Virus record (IMG/VR): IMGVR_UViG_3300047510_001118
Location: 214,127 to 278,126 of that record
DNA: 64,000 nt
Reading direction: 5' to 3' (one strand)
The notes under the pieces are model-generated. The model saw only the letters and a list, made by a program, of their open reading frames with translations, was not told where the DNA came from and did no database searches. The position numbers and the translations under genes were made by a program. Below, one piece after another: positions 56,571 to 64,000 of this stretch. Position 1 is the stretch's first letter. Each line of letters begins with the position of its first letter.

Positions 56571-56864
56571 TTAATTAATTAGCATTCTAACTAGTCCCAG
56601 TGAGTCAATAGTGACTAGCAAGAGATAGTTAGCCAGCATGCCAAAACTTCTACGAGTCCATGCAGCCCAGCCGTACATAGCACAACCAGCGATCCAAATA
56701 GGATACAAAACCAACAAAGGTGGCGTAGGGACTGTAAGGGCCATTGTGATGCTACAGCCAATACTAACAGCCCAAGCAAGAAGCTCGACACAAAAACGGA
56801 AAGGATTACTACGCCAATCATCTTTTATCCATTCGATGGTTGGTCGAAATACAGAGTCAATCAT
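56571..56864 (-). CDS. Small 3-TM membrane protein
   Basis: Three hydrophobic helices; VE..AW / LY / W...RR / N.L pattern. Confidence 0.7.
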   Translation of the reverse strand: MIDSVFRPTIEWIKDDWRSNPFRFCVELLAWAVSIGCSITMALTVPTPPLLVLYPIWIAGCAMYGWAAWTRRSFGMLANYLLLVTIDSLGLVRMLIN

Positions 56865-57121
56865 TTATCCTTTCCAACAGTAACAATGATAGTCTCTAAA
56901 TCATCAAACTCTGAATATACATCATTCCAGTTACCCTTGTGAGCAATTTTAATTGCTTTGGTAATTAAAGAGGGTTTAACATTCAGTTCTTCAGCAACTG
57001 CTTTTACTGTTTCTTTTAAACCTTCATTGAGGCTTTCAATTTCGTATTGAATTTGAACACCTTCGTTAATTAGTCTTTCTAATTTGGCTTTTTCTTCTGG
57101 TCCGTAAGTTCTGTCGCTCAT
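56861..57121 (-). CDS. T4 DsbA-like double-stranded DNA-binding protein
   Basis: 86 aa; EIESLNEGLKETVKAVAEELNVKPSLITKAIKIAHK helical pattern. Confidence 0.6.
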   Translation of the reverse strand: MSDRTYGPEEKAKLERLINEGVQIQYEIESLNEGLKETVKAVAEELNVKPSLITKAIKIAHKGNWNDVYSEFDDLETIIVTVGKDK

Positions 57122-57145
57122 GCGATTCTCCTAATAATATAATTG

Positions 57146-57174
57146 ATTATATATGTATGCTCAACAGAAGTCAA
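57146..57174 (-). promoter_or_regulatory. Sigma70 consensus promoter heading the replication operon
   Basis: TTGACT-17 nt-TATAAT; SD AGGAG. Confidence 0.88.
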
Positions 57175-57194
57175 TGATTATTTTTTCAAAAGAT

Positions 57195-57220
57195 AAAAAA
57201 AGGCCCCAAAGGGCCTTTTT
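57195..57220 (-). terminator. Intrinsic (bidirectional) terminator
   Basis: GGCCC-tttg-GGGCC followed by T7 on - strand and T5 on + strand. Confidence 0.88.
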
Positions 57221-57233
57221 ATTTTGACACAAA

Positions 57234-59642
57234 TTATGCGGCAGGTGTAGAAATAGTATTGCCACCAGGTTCCGCTGCCGGCGCCGCCGCAGTTTTCATA
57301 CTGGCTAGTTTATCTGCTTTCTTTAGAACGTTGTTTAATCTAGTCTTAATGTCATCTGGTAAAGTTTGAACTGCTTTTTCATCTTTAGCATATTTCTGTA
57401 TGATTTCTAGATTTTTCAATAATTCTGCTTTGTCCGCTGGATCCATTTGGGCTTCGGGACTCTTTAACCAATTATATAGAGCAGCCACACCGCCTGCTAT
57501 TCCGAGGGTAATAAAAGCACCTCGTTTTGTAACTTTGCCTAGAACTTTTTTACCAAATCCTTTAAGTCTTTCCCAAGCAGAAGGCTTACCAGGTTCTGGT
57601 GCTGGTGTAGGTCCTGGTCCTGGTGTAGGTCCTGGTCCTGGTACTGGTAGACCCTTTCTCATCTTCTCAATGTCAAACGAAGAAAGTTTTTCTGAAGGGT
57701 TAGCACGATTAAAATATTGATCAGGTACACCAGGAACTTTTTCCCAAGTTTTGCCACCTACTCTAATAACTCCAGGCAACGGTGGTCCTGGATCAAGTGG
57801 GCCAGCCTCACTTAAAATTTCATTTTCGGATAACAATGTTAGTTGAAGTATAGATATTTGTTCACTGGGAGTAAAATCATTAATGTTTTCAAGTACAAGT
57901 TTTTTAAGGTCTTTAATAGATAGCTCGTCAATACTTTCGGCAATCTTATATTTGCCCATGATTCTTTCTACAACAGTTAATGCCTGTACCAATTGATTCT
58001 TGGCCAAAATTGCTTTTCCGTTTTCTAATGCTTTGATTAACTCTGGAGTAATTTTGCCAGTTTCGGGCATACCAGCCATCTTCTCAAATTGTTTAATTGC
58101 GTCTGCGGTCTCAGTTCCCATCTTACCGTCTGCGCCAAATCTAGGTAATTTAAAACCTAAACCTAGTAATAACTCTTGAACTTTTTTAACATCACCGCCG
58201 CCTGTAGTTGTTGTAGGATCTGTTTTAGTATCTGTCTTATTATCTGTTTTAGTATCTGTCTTATTATCTGTCTTAGCATCTGTATCTGTTTTAGTATCAG
58301 AACTAAATTGTGCTGGGAGATTAAGGGCACGATTTGCCAATTGTAAAATTTCAGGATCATCTGGGAAATCTGTTTTCAATCCAGCGGCATAGGTCTGTAA
58401 TTCTTTGTATTCTGCAGCAGTTAATTCTTCACTTAGTGTTGTACCTTCAGCAATACGTTGTATACGAGCTATTAATTCGCTCATACTTTCAGGAACAACT
58501 TTTGATTGTCCAGATGTAGTGCCTGGTGCTGGAGATGTAACTTTAGGTTGATTAGCCTTGGCTAGTAATTCTTTTACTCTGGCCAATCTTTCTTCTTTGG
58601 ATTTAGCAGTTCCGTCTTTGTTGTAATCTGCTGGAAACTTTTTCTCAGGTTCAGGCTTAGTTAAACTGTAGTCAACTTTGCCTTTTGTAGGATCTTGATT
58701 TCCTGGTTTAGCAGGGTTTAAAGTAGTAGTATCGGTTTTAGACAACGCATCGGCTTTGGCCTTCTCGTCGGCTTTGTTTTTTTCTTCCACTGCTTTGATT
58801 GCGGCTACAATTTCTGCTTTAACTGCTTCAATTTCTTTTTGTGTTTCAGGATCTTGTTTTAGTTGATCAGACATGCTGTCAAATTTTAAAACTATAGAAT
58901 TAATTTCGTCAATAATTTTTTTAAGTTCGGCATTGCTATTTTGCGCACCACCAAATCCTTTGCCACTAGTTGTGCCGTCTGGATTGATAGTTACTCTTTC
59001 TTCAACGTCTTGATCAATAATTTCGTCTTGGAATTCGTTGATCAATGATTCAAAAATACTTGATTCAGTTTTAAATTTAAATTTATCTGGGTTTAAACCA
59101 AAAAATGTTCCACTGCCTGAAGCGGCACTGTCGGAGCCACTAGGACCAGCAGTTTTCATTTTTTCTACAGCGGCTTTTAATTGTGCTCCTAGATCTTTAA
59201 GTTTAGGAAGATTTTCTGTTTTAAATTTTTCGTACTTTTGCTTAGTTACAACACCTTGGCTTCTAGTTCTAAGATCTTGGTCGTATTGGCCTTTTTCGTC
59301 GCCTCTAAAAGCTCGTCCTAGTGCTGTAGAAGTTTTAGCATTATCGGGGATTAAGCCTAGGTCTGCTAGGGCACGATCGGATCTTTCGCTACCAGTGGCT
59401 CCTATGCTGATTCGTCCAGGACCACCCATTCCTTGATTTACGCTCTGTTTTCCAACAAAGCCTCCACTAATAGGATCATATAACCCAGGAAGTTTGTGTT
59501 TCCATGCTAGATCGTTAAGTATTTCAGCACGAGCTTGCTCATCATTTTCTTTGCCTTTTACAGCCGCTTCAACATCGTCTAATGATATTGCTTCAGCAAG
59601 TACTACTTCGTCTAGTTTGTTTAAAATTGCTCTTATATCCAT
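57234..59642 (-). CDS. Large low-complexity virion (internal head-like) protein with peptidoglycan-binding domain
   Basis: PG_binding_1-like GGDVKKVQELL..LG..LPRFGADGKMGTETADAIKQFEK..G...TG; many xxE-S/A motifs; late promoter upstream. Confidence 0.65.
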   Translation of the reverse strand: MDIRAILNKLDEVVLAEAISLDDVEAAVKGKENDEQARAEILNDLAWKHKLPGLYDPISGGFVGKQSVNQGMGGPGRISIGATGSERSDRALADLGLIPDNAKTSTALGRAFRGDEKGQYDQDLRTRSQGVVTKQKYEKFKTENLPKLKDLGAQLKAAVEKMKTAGPSGSDSAASGSGTFFGLNPDKFKFKTESSIFESLINEFQDEIIDQDVEERVTINPDGTTSGKGFGGAQNSNAELKKIIDEINSIVLKFDSMSDQLKQDPETQKEIEAVKAEIVAAIKAVEEKNKADEKAKADALSKTDTTTLNPAKPGNQDPTKGKVDYSLTKPEPEKKFPADYNKDGTAKSKEERLARVKELLAKANQPKVTSPAPGTTSGQSKVVPESMSELIARIQRIAEGTTLSEELTAAEYKELQTYAAGLKTDFPDDPEILQLANRALNLPAQFSSDTKTDTDAKTDNKTDTKTDNKTDTKTDPTTTTGGGDVKKVQELLLGLGFKLPRFGADGKMGTETADAIKQFEKMAGMPETGKITPELIKALENGKAILAKNQLVQALTVVERIMGKYKIAESIDELSIKDLKKLVLENINDFTPSEQISILQLTLLSENEILSEAGPLDPGPPLPGVIRVGGKTWEKVPGVPDQYFNRANPSEKLSSFDIEKMRKGLPVPGPGPTPGPGPTPAPEPGKPSAWERLKGFGKKVLGKVTKRGAFITLGIAGGVAALYNWLKSPEAQMDPADKAELLKNLEIIQKYAKDEKAVQTLPDDIKTRLNNVLKKADKLASMKTAAAPAAEPGGNTISTPAA
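57590..57653 (-). repeat. Pro/Gly/Thr coding repeat (PVPGPGPTPGPGPTPAPEP)
   Basis: GGTGTAGGTCCTGGTCCT repeated twice on + strand. Confidence 0.8.
58218..58298 (-). repeat. 12/24-nt coding tandem repeat (KTD-x)
   Basis: ATCTGTTTTAGTATCTGTCTTATT x2 plus degenerate 12-mers encoding DTKTDTDAKTDNKTDTKTDNKTDTKTD. Confidence 0.85.
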
Positions 59643-59667
59643 TTTGAATCCCCAAATTCTTATCTAG

Positions 59668-59674
59668 TATTTAT
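59668..59674 (-). promoter_or_regulatory. Late promoter ATAAATA
   Basis: 25 nt before ATG 59642. Confidence 0.6.
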
Positions 59675-59676
59675 CA

Positions 59677-59761
59677 GTGCTCACTTTAACTAACAAGGGT
59701 AGCGAATCCAGTTAGTAGCCCAGCAGCCGGACACATAACCCCAAACGGTCCTAGGGTATGT
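59677..59761. ncRNA. Candidate structured RNA element with H-type pseudoknot
   Basis: ACTAAC/GTTAGT stem with inner GGG-tagcgaa-TCC; interleaved GGAC/GTCC and ACATA(A)CCC/GGGTATGT stems; GC-rich island. Confidence 0.45.
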
Positions 59762-59843
59762 TCCTTCCTTCATAAAATAGACCGCCTAGACCGCAGCCTA
59801 GACGAGCCAAACATTCTATGAAAGTATCTAATATTTCTTTCAT
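59751..59843 (-). CDS. Unannotated 30-aa peptide MKEILDTFIECLARLGCGLGGLFYEGRNIP
   Basis: ATGA overlap with upstream stop (59840-43); below ORF-track size cut-off. Confidence 0.55.
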   Translation of the reverse strand: MKEILDTFIECLARLGCGLGGLFYEGRNIP

Positions 59844-60760
59844 CTTAGACCTGCGATGCGAAGCATTTGTTGTAATAAACGATTATCTTTTTCGTGGTAC
59901 TCGATACTTTCACGTTTTGTACGGCCAGTGCTTGGATCCCACTTTCCCGCGCCTGGATACTGTGCTCCAGTCATGTTCCAATTTGGGTTCTTAGCTCTCC
60001 AAGCATACTCATCTTGAGATGCTGTAGTAATATTAGTAGTTCCACCTGTTCCAGTTTTTACTTGTCCCGGAACTGTGCTTAATCCAGTGTCAGTGTTAAC
60101 GCCTGGTTCAGCCTGTGTTGGCTGTCCGTCGGCTGCGGTAGCAGACTGGGCATAACCACCTTGACTTTGTTGTGCTGGTGCGTATCCGCTTGCGCCACCT
60201 GCTGGTGCTGGAGCAGGTTCAGGTTCGGGAGTTGGTTGTGGAGTCTCTGCAGGTGGATTTGGTTTGTCTGCTTGCGGCTGAGGAGTGCCAAACGCTGGAC
60301 TACTACTTTGAGCAGTTACTCCTAACGCATTTTTTTCTGGAGGAGGAGTAACTGCTGGAGTTGGCGCTGGCGTTGCCGGTGTTGCTTGTTGAGCCTGAGC
60401 AGGATTGGTTATTGTAGTAGCAGTTCCTGCTGTCTGAGAACCTTTTGCAGCATCAACGGCAGGTCCAAATTGTTGTTCAGCGGCTCGTGTCTGTGGTCCC
60501 ATAATACCGTCTGCTTTAATTTTAGCACCAGCCTTGATTAATTCTTGCTGTCTTGCTAGTACCTGAGGATCTTTTTTAGCAGCCGGTTTAGCAGCCGGCT
60601 TAGCCGCTGTTGTTGGCTGTGGGGTTTTCATAGCAATAGCCTGTTGAGCCATTGCAGCCGGATCCATACCTGCGCCTTGCGGCCCTGGAGTTGTAACATT
60701 TCCTGGTTTTCCAATGTTACCTGTCTGATATTCTTGTATAAGTAAATCTCTAATTTTCAT
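59840..60760 (-). CDS. Pro/Ala/Gln-rich virion-like protein with partial PG-binding motif
   Basis: MKIRDLLIQE start; QQELIKAGAKIKADGIMGPQTRAAEQQF; ES...MLRIAGLR end. Confidence 0.7.
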   Translation of the reverse strand: MKIRDLLIQEYQTGNIGKPGNVTTPGPQGAGMDPAAMAQQAIAMKTPQPTTAAKPAAKPAAKKDPQVLARQQELIKAGAKIKADGIMGPQTRAAEQQFGPAVDAAKGSQTAGTATTITNPAQAQQATPATPAPTPAVTPPPEKNALGVTAQSSSPAFGTPQPQADKPNPPAETPQPTPEPEPAPAPAGGASGYAPAQQSQGGYAQSATAADGQPTQAEPGVNTDTGLSTVPGQVKTGTGGTTNITTASQDEYAWRAKNPNWNMTGAQYPGAGKWDPSTGRTKRESIEYHEKDNRLLQQMLRIAGLR

Positions 60761-60913
60761 TTAATGTTCTCCGTATGGATTTTTTGGTCTGTCAGTACCG
60801 TCGTCTTCTGGAAAAACTTCGTATTTTTCTTCCTTCGCTGGTTGACTTATATCTTTCTTTAATTCTTCTTGAGCACGTTTAATGTAATCTGCTAGTGTTT
60901 TATCTAAGATCAT
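60761..60913 (-). CDS. Unannotated 50-aa acidic protein
   Basis: MILDKTLADYIKRAQEELKK...NPYGEH*; ATGA overlap with dps stop, TAAATG junction with next gene. Confidence 0.6.
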   Translation of the reverse strand: MILDKTLADYIKRAQEELKKDISQPAKEEKYEVFPEDDGTDRPKNPYGEH

Positions 60914-61344
60914 TTTAATGTAGCCCTTAACATCCAACTGTGCTTGCGATGTGCGTCTTGACGACCTGCTAAAAAATCAGCAAGACCATGTTCTCCATTA
61001 CGTTCAGCAATGTCAAACACTAGTTTAAAAATATTAGCCATCCTATCAGAGTCTTCTAATAAGATTTCTGTCATTGATCTAGCATCTGGAATTTCAGTTT
61101 CGTCATCAATTTTTGATAACATTGAAAATCTTTCAAAACTGCCAGGAGTATAACTGCCTGCTTTGCGAATGTTTTCAGCAAAGTCATCAATACTACCATA
61201 GACTTCTTCGTAGATTCCGCCAAACAGTTCGTGATACTGTTGAAAGTTTTCGCCTTCTACGTTCCAATGAAAGTACTGTGCTTTTAGATAAAAACTAAAT
61301 TCACTGGCAAAAGAAATTTTAAGTGCTTTGATTAATTCATCCAT
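60910..61344 (-). CDS. dps: Dps / ferritin-like DNA-protection protein
   Basis: KAQYFHWNVEGENFQQYHELF..IYEE...DDFAENIR, HRKHSWMLRA. Confidence 0.92.
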   Translation of the reverse strand: MDELIKALKISFASEFSFYLKAQYFHWNVEGENFQQYHELFGGIYEEVYGSIDDFAENIRKAGSYTPGSFERFSMLSKIDDETEIPDARSMTEILLEDSDRMANIFKLVFDIAERNGEHGLADFLAGRQDAHRKHSWMLRATLK

Positions 61345-61345
61345 T

Positions 61346-61576
61346 TTAACAAACCTGTAATATTCCGTAAATTCCTGTGACTAACATAGACTTTAATGCT
61401 ATATCGTCTGCTTCACTATCTAATTTATCTGTTCTAATTAAATCTTCTAATAATTCTTTGGCTTCTGCTTGACCAATCTGACCATTTTGTAATGCTTCGG
61501 CGATCTGTAATGCTACTTGAGCACGTTCTGCGGCCCAACCTTTTCCTGAATTAACACAATTTAAAAGTTCTTGCAT
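61346..61576 (-). CDS. Hypothetical protein
   Basis: 76-aa ORF coupled to lipoprotein (TAATG). Confidence 0.65.
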   Translation of the reverse strand: MQELLNCVNSGKGWAAERAQVALQIAEALQNGQIGQAEAKELLEDLIRTDKLDSEADDIALKSMLVTGIYGILQVC

Positions 61577-61968
61577 TAGAATCTCCCTAGCACTGCTTCA
61601 CTGGCACGTTTAGCCTGTGTCTGCATAATTTTCTTTTTAATGTTACAATATGTTTCTGTACCTTGGCTGTCTTTGCTACGTTTTACAAAATCACTAACAG
61701 TATCCTGTAAAGGTTTAACTAATTTTAAAACATCTTGTTGTCTAAAACCTTTGCTTTCGCTGTACAACTGGAACCAAAGAATATCAGTTTCAATTTTTTC
61801 TGCTTGTGGAAGATGTGGCTTAGAACAATCTAAAGTTTCAACACTGTGTCTAACATCAATTATTTTAGCACTTTGATTGTCGTCCCAGAAACTAGGAATT
61901 ATGCTTTTTATATTAGCACAGCCTGATAACGAAACAACAATAGCAGTTGACAATAAAATTTTTTTCAT
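61576..61968 (-). CDS. Lipoprotein
   Basis: MKKILLSTAIVVSLSG-C lipobox. Confidence 0.8.
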   Translation of the reverse strand: MKKILLSTAIVVSLSGCANIKSIIPSFWDDNQSAKIIDVRHSVETLDCSKPHLPQAEKIETDILWFQLYSESKGFRQQDVLKLVKPLQDTVSDFVKRSKDSQGTETYCNIKKKIMQTQAKRASEAVLGRF

Positions 61969-63150
61969 TTAAAAATCTTGACTTTTTGATTGTTTTAATT
62001 CTTGTGCGGCTTTGTTAATAGCCCCCCACTTCCCGCCCATTGGACCTGGAAAACCAGGATTAGGACCTTGAACTCCTAATTGTTTTGCAACCTGCTCTGG
62101 AGACATACCCTTGGCTAGTAATGGTCTTGCTTTGGCAAGCGTTTCAATATATTCTGGTGTAGCACCGCCCTCACTTAGTGAATTTGACACACTTTCTTTT
62201 GGTACGCAGTTATTAACTCTTACACCACCTTTGACTTTGGTCTTAGGATTACCTATTTTCTTTCCAGACCAGCACTTAGGATCTAAACGTGTTTTAGTTG
62301 CCTTGGCTTCTGCTAGAAAATTTTGCTCTGCTTCTTGTAGGTAATCTAAGAAAGATTTCTTACCTTCTGTAGCAGGAGCATTAACCTGAGCCATTGCTCT
62401 ATTGTAAGTTGCTTCTTTATCTTTATTGCCCATAGCATATAAATCTTTACCACTTGGCGCATTATTTGGATCTTGGGTAGTCATACGTTTAGATGTTATA
62501 CCTTTAGCGTTTTTATTCATGCCTACAGTAGTGGTGCCCATGTTATACTCTGCGTCAGTTTCTAAAGGTTTACCAGTTTTATCGTATGTTTGAGAAGTGT
62601 TCAGTGGTCCAGCCATGTATCTTACAGTGATGTTTCCTGTAACTAGGTCATGTTCTTGACTTAGTCCACTAAAACTAGGGCTTCGATACATGATTGGTTT
62701 GTTATTTTTGTCAAATTTAAACAAGCCTTGACCGCTAGTGTGTTCTTTAGAACCGTCGGGATTAAGTTTAATTGATACACCGTCTCCCATGTCATTGGCG
62801 CCGGGCTGTAGTTGTACATTGGGCAATACAGGTGCTGTAGGAACTTGGAGATTAGGTTTAAAACCTGGATCTCCGGGTTTACCTTGTTCGCCTAAATCGT
62901 TGTCTTCTTTTTTACTAGAATTATCCGCAGTCTTAACGCCATACATCTTAGCCACTGCTTTTTCATCGTATGGCCTAAAGTCGCTGAGTTTATCTCTAGT
63001 AGCACTACCGGCCGCAACAATTTTATCAGCAACTGTTTTTAATGTATTGTTTTCATGGACAATAGACACGAAACGGCGCATATCATTTGCGCCTTCCACT
63101 TTGCGACTAGATGCTTTGTCTAGTGCTTGTAAGATTCGTTTCATGTCCAT
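61969..63150 (-). CDS. Putative internal head protein
   Basis: MDMKRILQALD start; KCWSGKK...KVKGGVRVNNCVPKES motif; LxE/ES motifs. Confidence 0.6.
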   Translation of the reverse strand: MDMKRILQALDKASSRKVEGANDMRRFVSIVHENNTLKTVADKIVAAGSATRDKLSDFRPYDEKAVAKMYGVKTADNSSKKEDNDLGEQGKPGDPGFKPNLQVPTAPVLPNVQLQPGANDMGDGVSIKLNPDGSKEHTSGQGLFKFDKNNKPIMYRSPSFSGLSQEHDLVTGNITVRYMAGPLNTSQTYDKTGKPLETDAEYNMGTTTVGMNKNAKGITSKRMTTQDPNNAPSGKDLYAMGNKDKEATYNRAMAQVNAPATEGKKSFLDYLQEAEQNFLAEAKATKTRLDPKCWSGKKIGNPKTKVKGGVRVNNCVPKESVSNSLSEGGATPEYIETLAKARPLLAKGMSPEQVAKQLGVQGPNPGFPGPMGGKWGAINKAAQELKQSKSQDF

Positions 63151-63154
63151 GGTG

Positions 63155-64000
63155 TTATCCGTTCAAACGTGTTAGGAATTGTTTCATACGAATCAACTCG
63201 GCAGATTCGGCAATCATGCTTTCTGACATTGAGCATTCTTTCATACCATGTACTGGGCAAGATTCACCTTTTGGTGACTCGTTGCACTTACCTGAAGATT
63301 CTTTAACTTTTTCGTCTTTCTTAGCAAAAGGATTTTCTTTCTTATCAGCAATAGCCTTTTTCATTGTTTCTTTCTTGTCGCCGTCTTTGTCCATATCTAA
63401 GAAGTCTGGCTTACCTTTGCCTGCTTTCTTTTCAGCAACAACTTTTCTAACAATACTCTTAACTAGGTCTTGGTCTTCTTTAAATGCTGGATTTGTAGGA
63501 CCAGGAGTTTTTTCACTCCACTCTTTACCTTTGTTTGGACCAGAAGTTACTTTAGGATACTTGCCAGTCTTTGGATCTTTCTTAGGAGCGGCTGTAGCAC
63601 CATCTGGTGGACTCATCTCGTTTGTTGGCTCTGGTGAATTTAACTCGATTTCGCTTTTATATTTTCCGGCTTTAGCTCTTTTTGCGTAGACATCCTCATC
63701 GGGTTTTTCACCGGCTGTGTCCTTCTTCATTAAATTACTGACACCCTTTCCTATTTTTCTTCCTAATTTTGAAATAGGATCAGTTGGTTCAGGCATCTTA
63801 AATCCGCCAGCAGTTCCTAAAGATTCGTCAGTTTTCTTTTTCTTTTCTGGAAGACCTTTGTGTTTTGTACTGGCAAAGTCTTCAGCATCTTTCTTGCTCA
63901 TGCCTTTAGCGGCTTTGGCAACTTCTTTGCTGGCTGGCTTTTCGCCTTTCTTGGCCGCATGTACCATACCCATAAATTTTTGTTGTGCTTTGCTCACAGC
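63155..64000 (-). CDS. Lys-rich putative internal head protein with DUF3008-like motif (5' truncated)
   Basis: AVSKAQQKFMGMVHAAKKG...DFASTKHKGLPEKK; DMDKDGD EF-hand-like; CPVHG; frame open to window end (GTG 63997 preceded by GCT). Confidence 0.65.
   Translation of the reverse strand, partial: AVSKAQQKFMGMVHAAKKGEKPASKEVAKAAKGMSKKDAEDFASTKHKGLPEKKKKTDESLGTAGGFKMPEPTDPISKLGRKIGKGVSNLMKKDTAGEKPDEDVYAKRAKAGKYKSEIELNSPEPTNEMSPPDGATAAPKKDPKTGKYPKVTSGPNKGKEWSEKTPGPTNPAFKEDQDLVKSIVRKVVAEKKAGKGKPDFLDMDKDGDKKETMKKAIADKKENPFAKKDEKVKESSGKCNESPKGESCPVHGMKECSMSESMIAESAELIRMKQFLTRLNG

Noticed and set aside
58218-58298. CRISPR-like or regulatory repeat array
   Set aside because: Units are multiples of 3 inside a coding linker with no unique spacers.
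59695-59712. tRNA gene suggested by GGTAGCGAATCC
   Set aside because: No cloverleaf (no acceptor, D or anticodon arms) around it.
2469-63689. Antisense and out-of-frame ORFs in the track (e.g. 2469-2726, 3302-3634, 9055-9417, 22342-22665, 46151-46555, 57400-57720, 62738-63175, 63111-63689)
   Set aside because: They lie within well-supported genes on the other strand or frame, have no RBS or recognisable motifs, and show shadow-ORF composition.
1-64000. Stop-codon reassignment (common in some large phages)
   Set aside because: Long conserved genes are intact and tightly packed under code 11.

Overview
A 64-kb AT-rich segment of a large T4-related myophage (jumbo-phage-like gene order), standard genetic code, with no tRNA, CRISPR array, intron or intein seen. 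Layout: (1-305, +) end of a gp26/gp51-like tail-assembly pair joined by a candidate -1 frameshift. (313-765) a densely base-paired non-coding region. (766-5118, -) late sigma gp55, gp47/gp46 nuclease, a small basic protein and a stand-alone GIY-YIG nuclease. (5200-35034, +) baseplate and tail-fibre operon including a 4648-aa wedge protein. (35031-57121, -) DNA metabolism arm: thyA, DHFR, VWA/MoxR pair, RNase H, a 7-deazaguanine DNA-modification cluster (queE, folE, queD-like, dpdA/tgt-like, plus glycosyltransferase, cupin, PRTase and HIT, no queC in window), sliding clamp, family-B DNA polymerase and DsbA-like protein. (57234-64000, -) low-complexity putative capsid-internal proteins, Dps and a lipoprotein. 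Best leads: the GIY-YIG nuclease with an abutting structured RNA, a possibly new glycosylated 7-deazaguanine modification, the gp26/gp51 frameshift, tandem covarying hairpins before the polymerase RBS, and an unannotated 30-aa ORF overlapping a pseudoknot. All family assignments come from motif recognition by eye, not from database searches.
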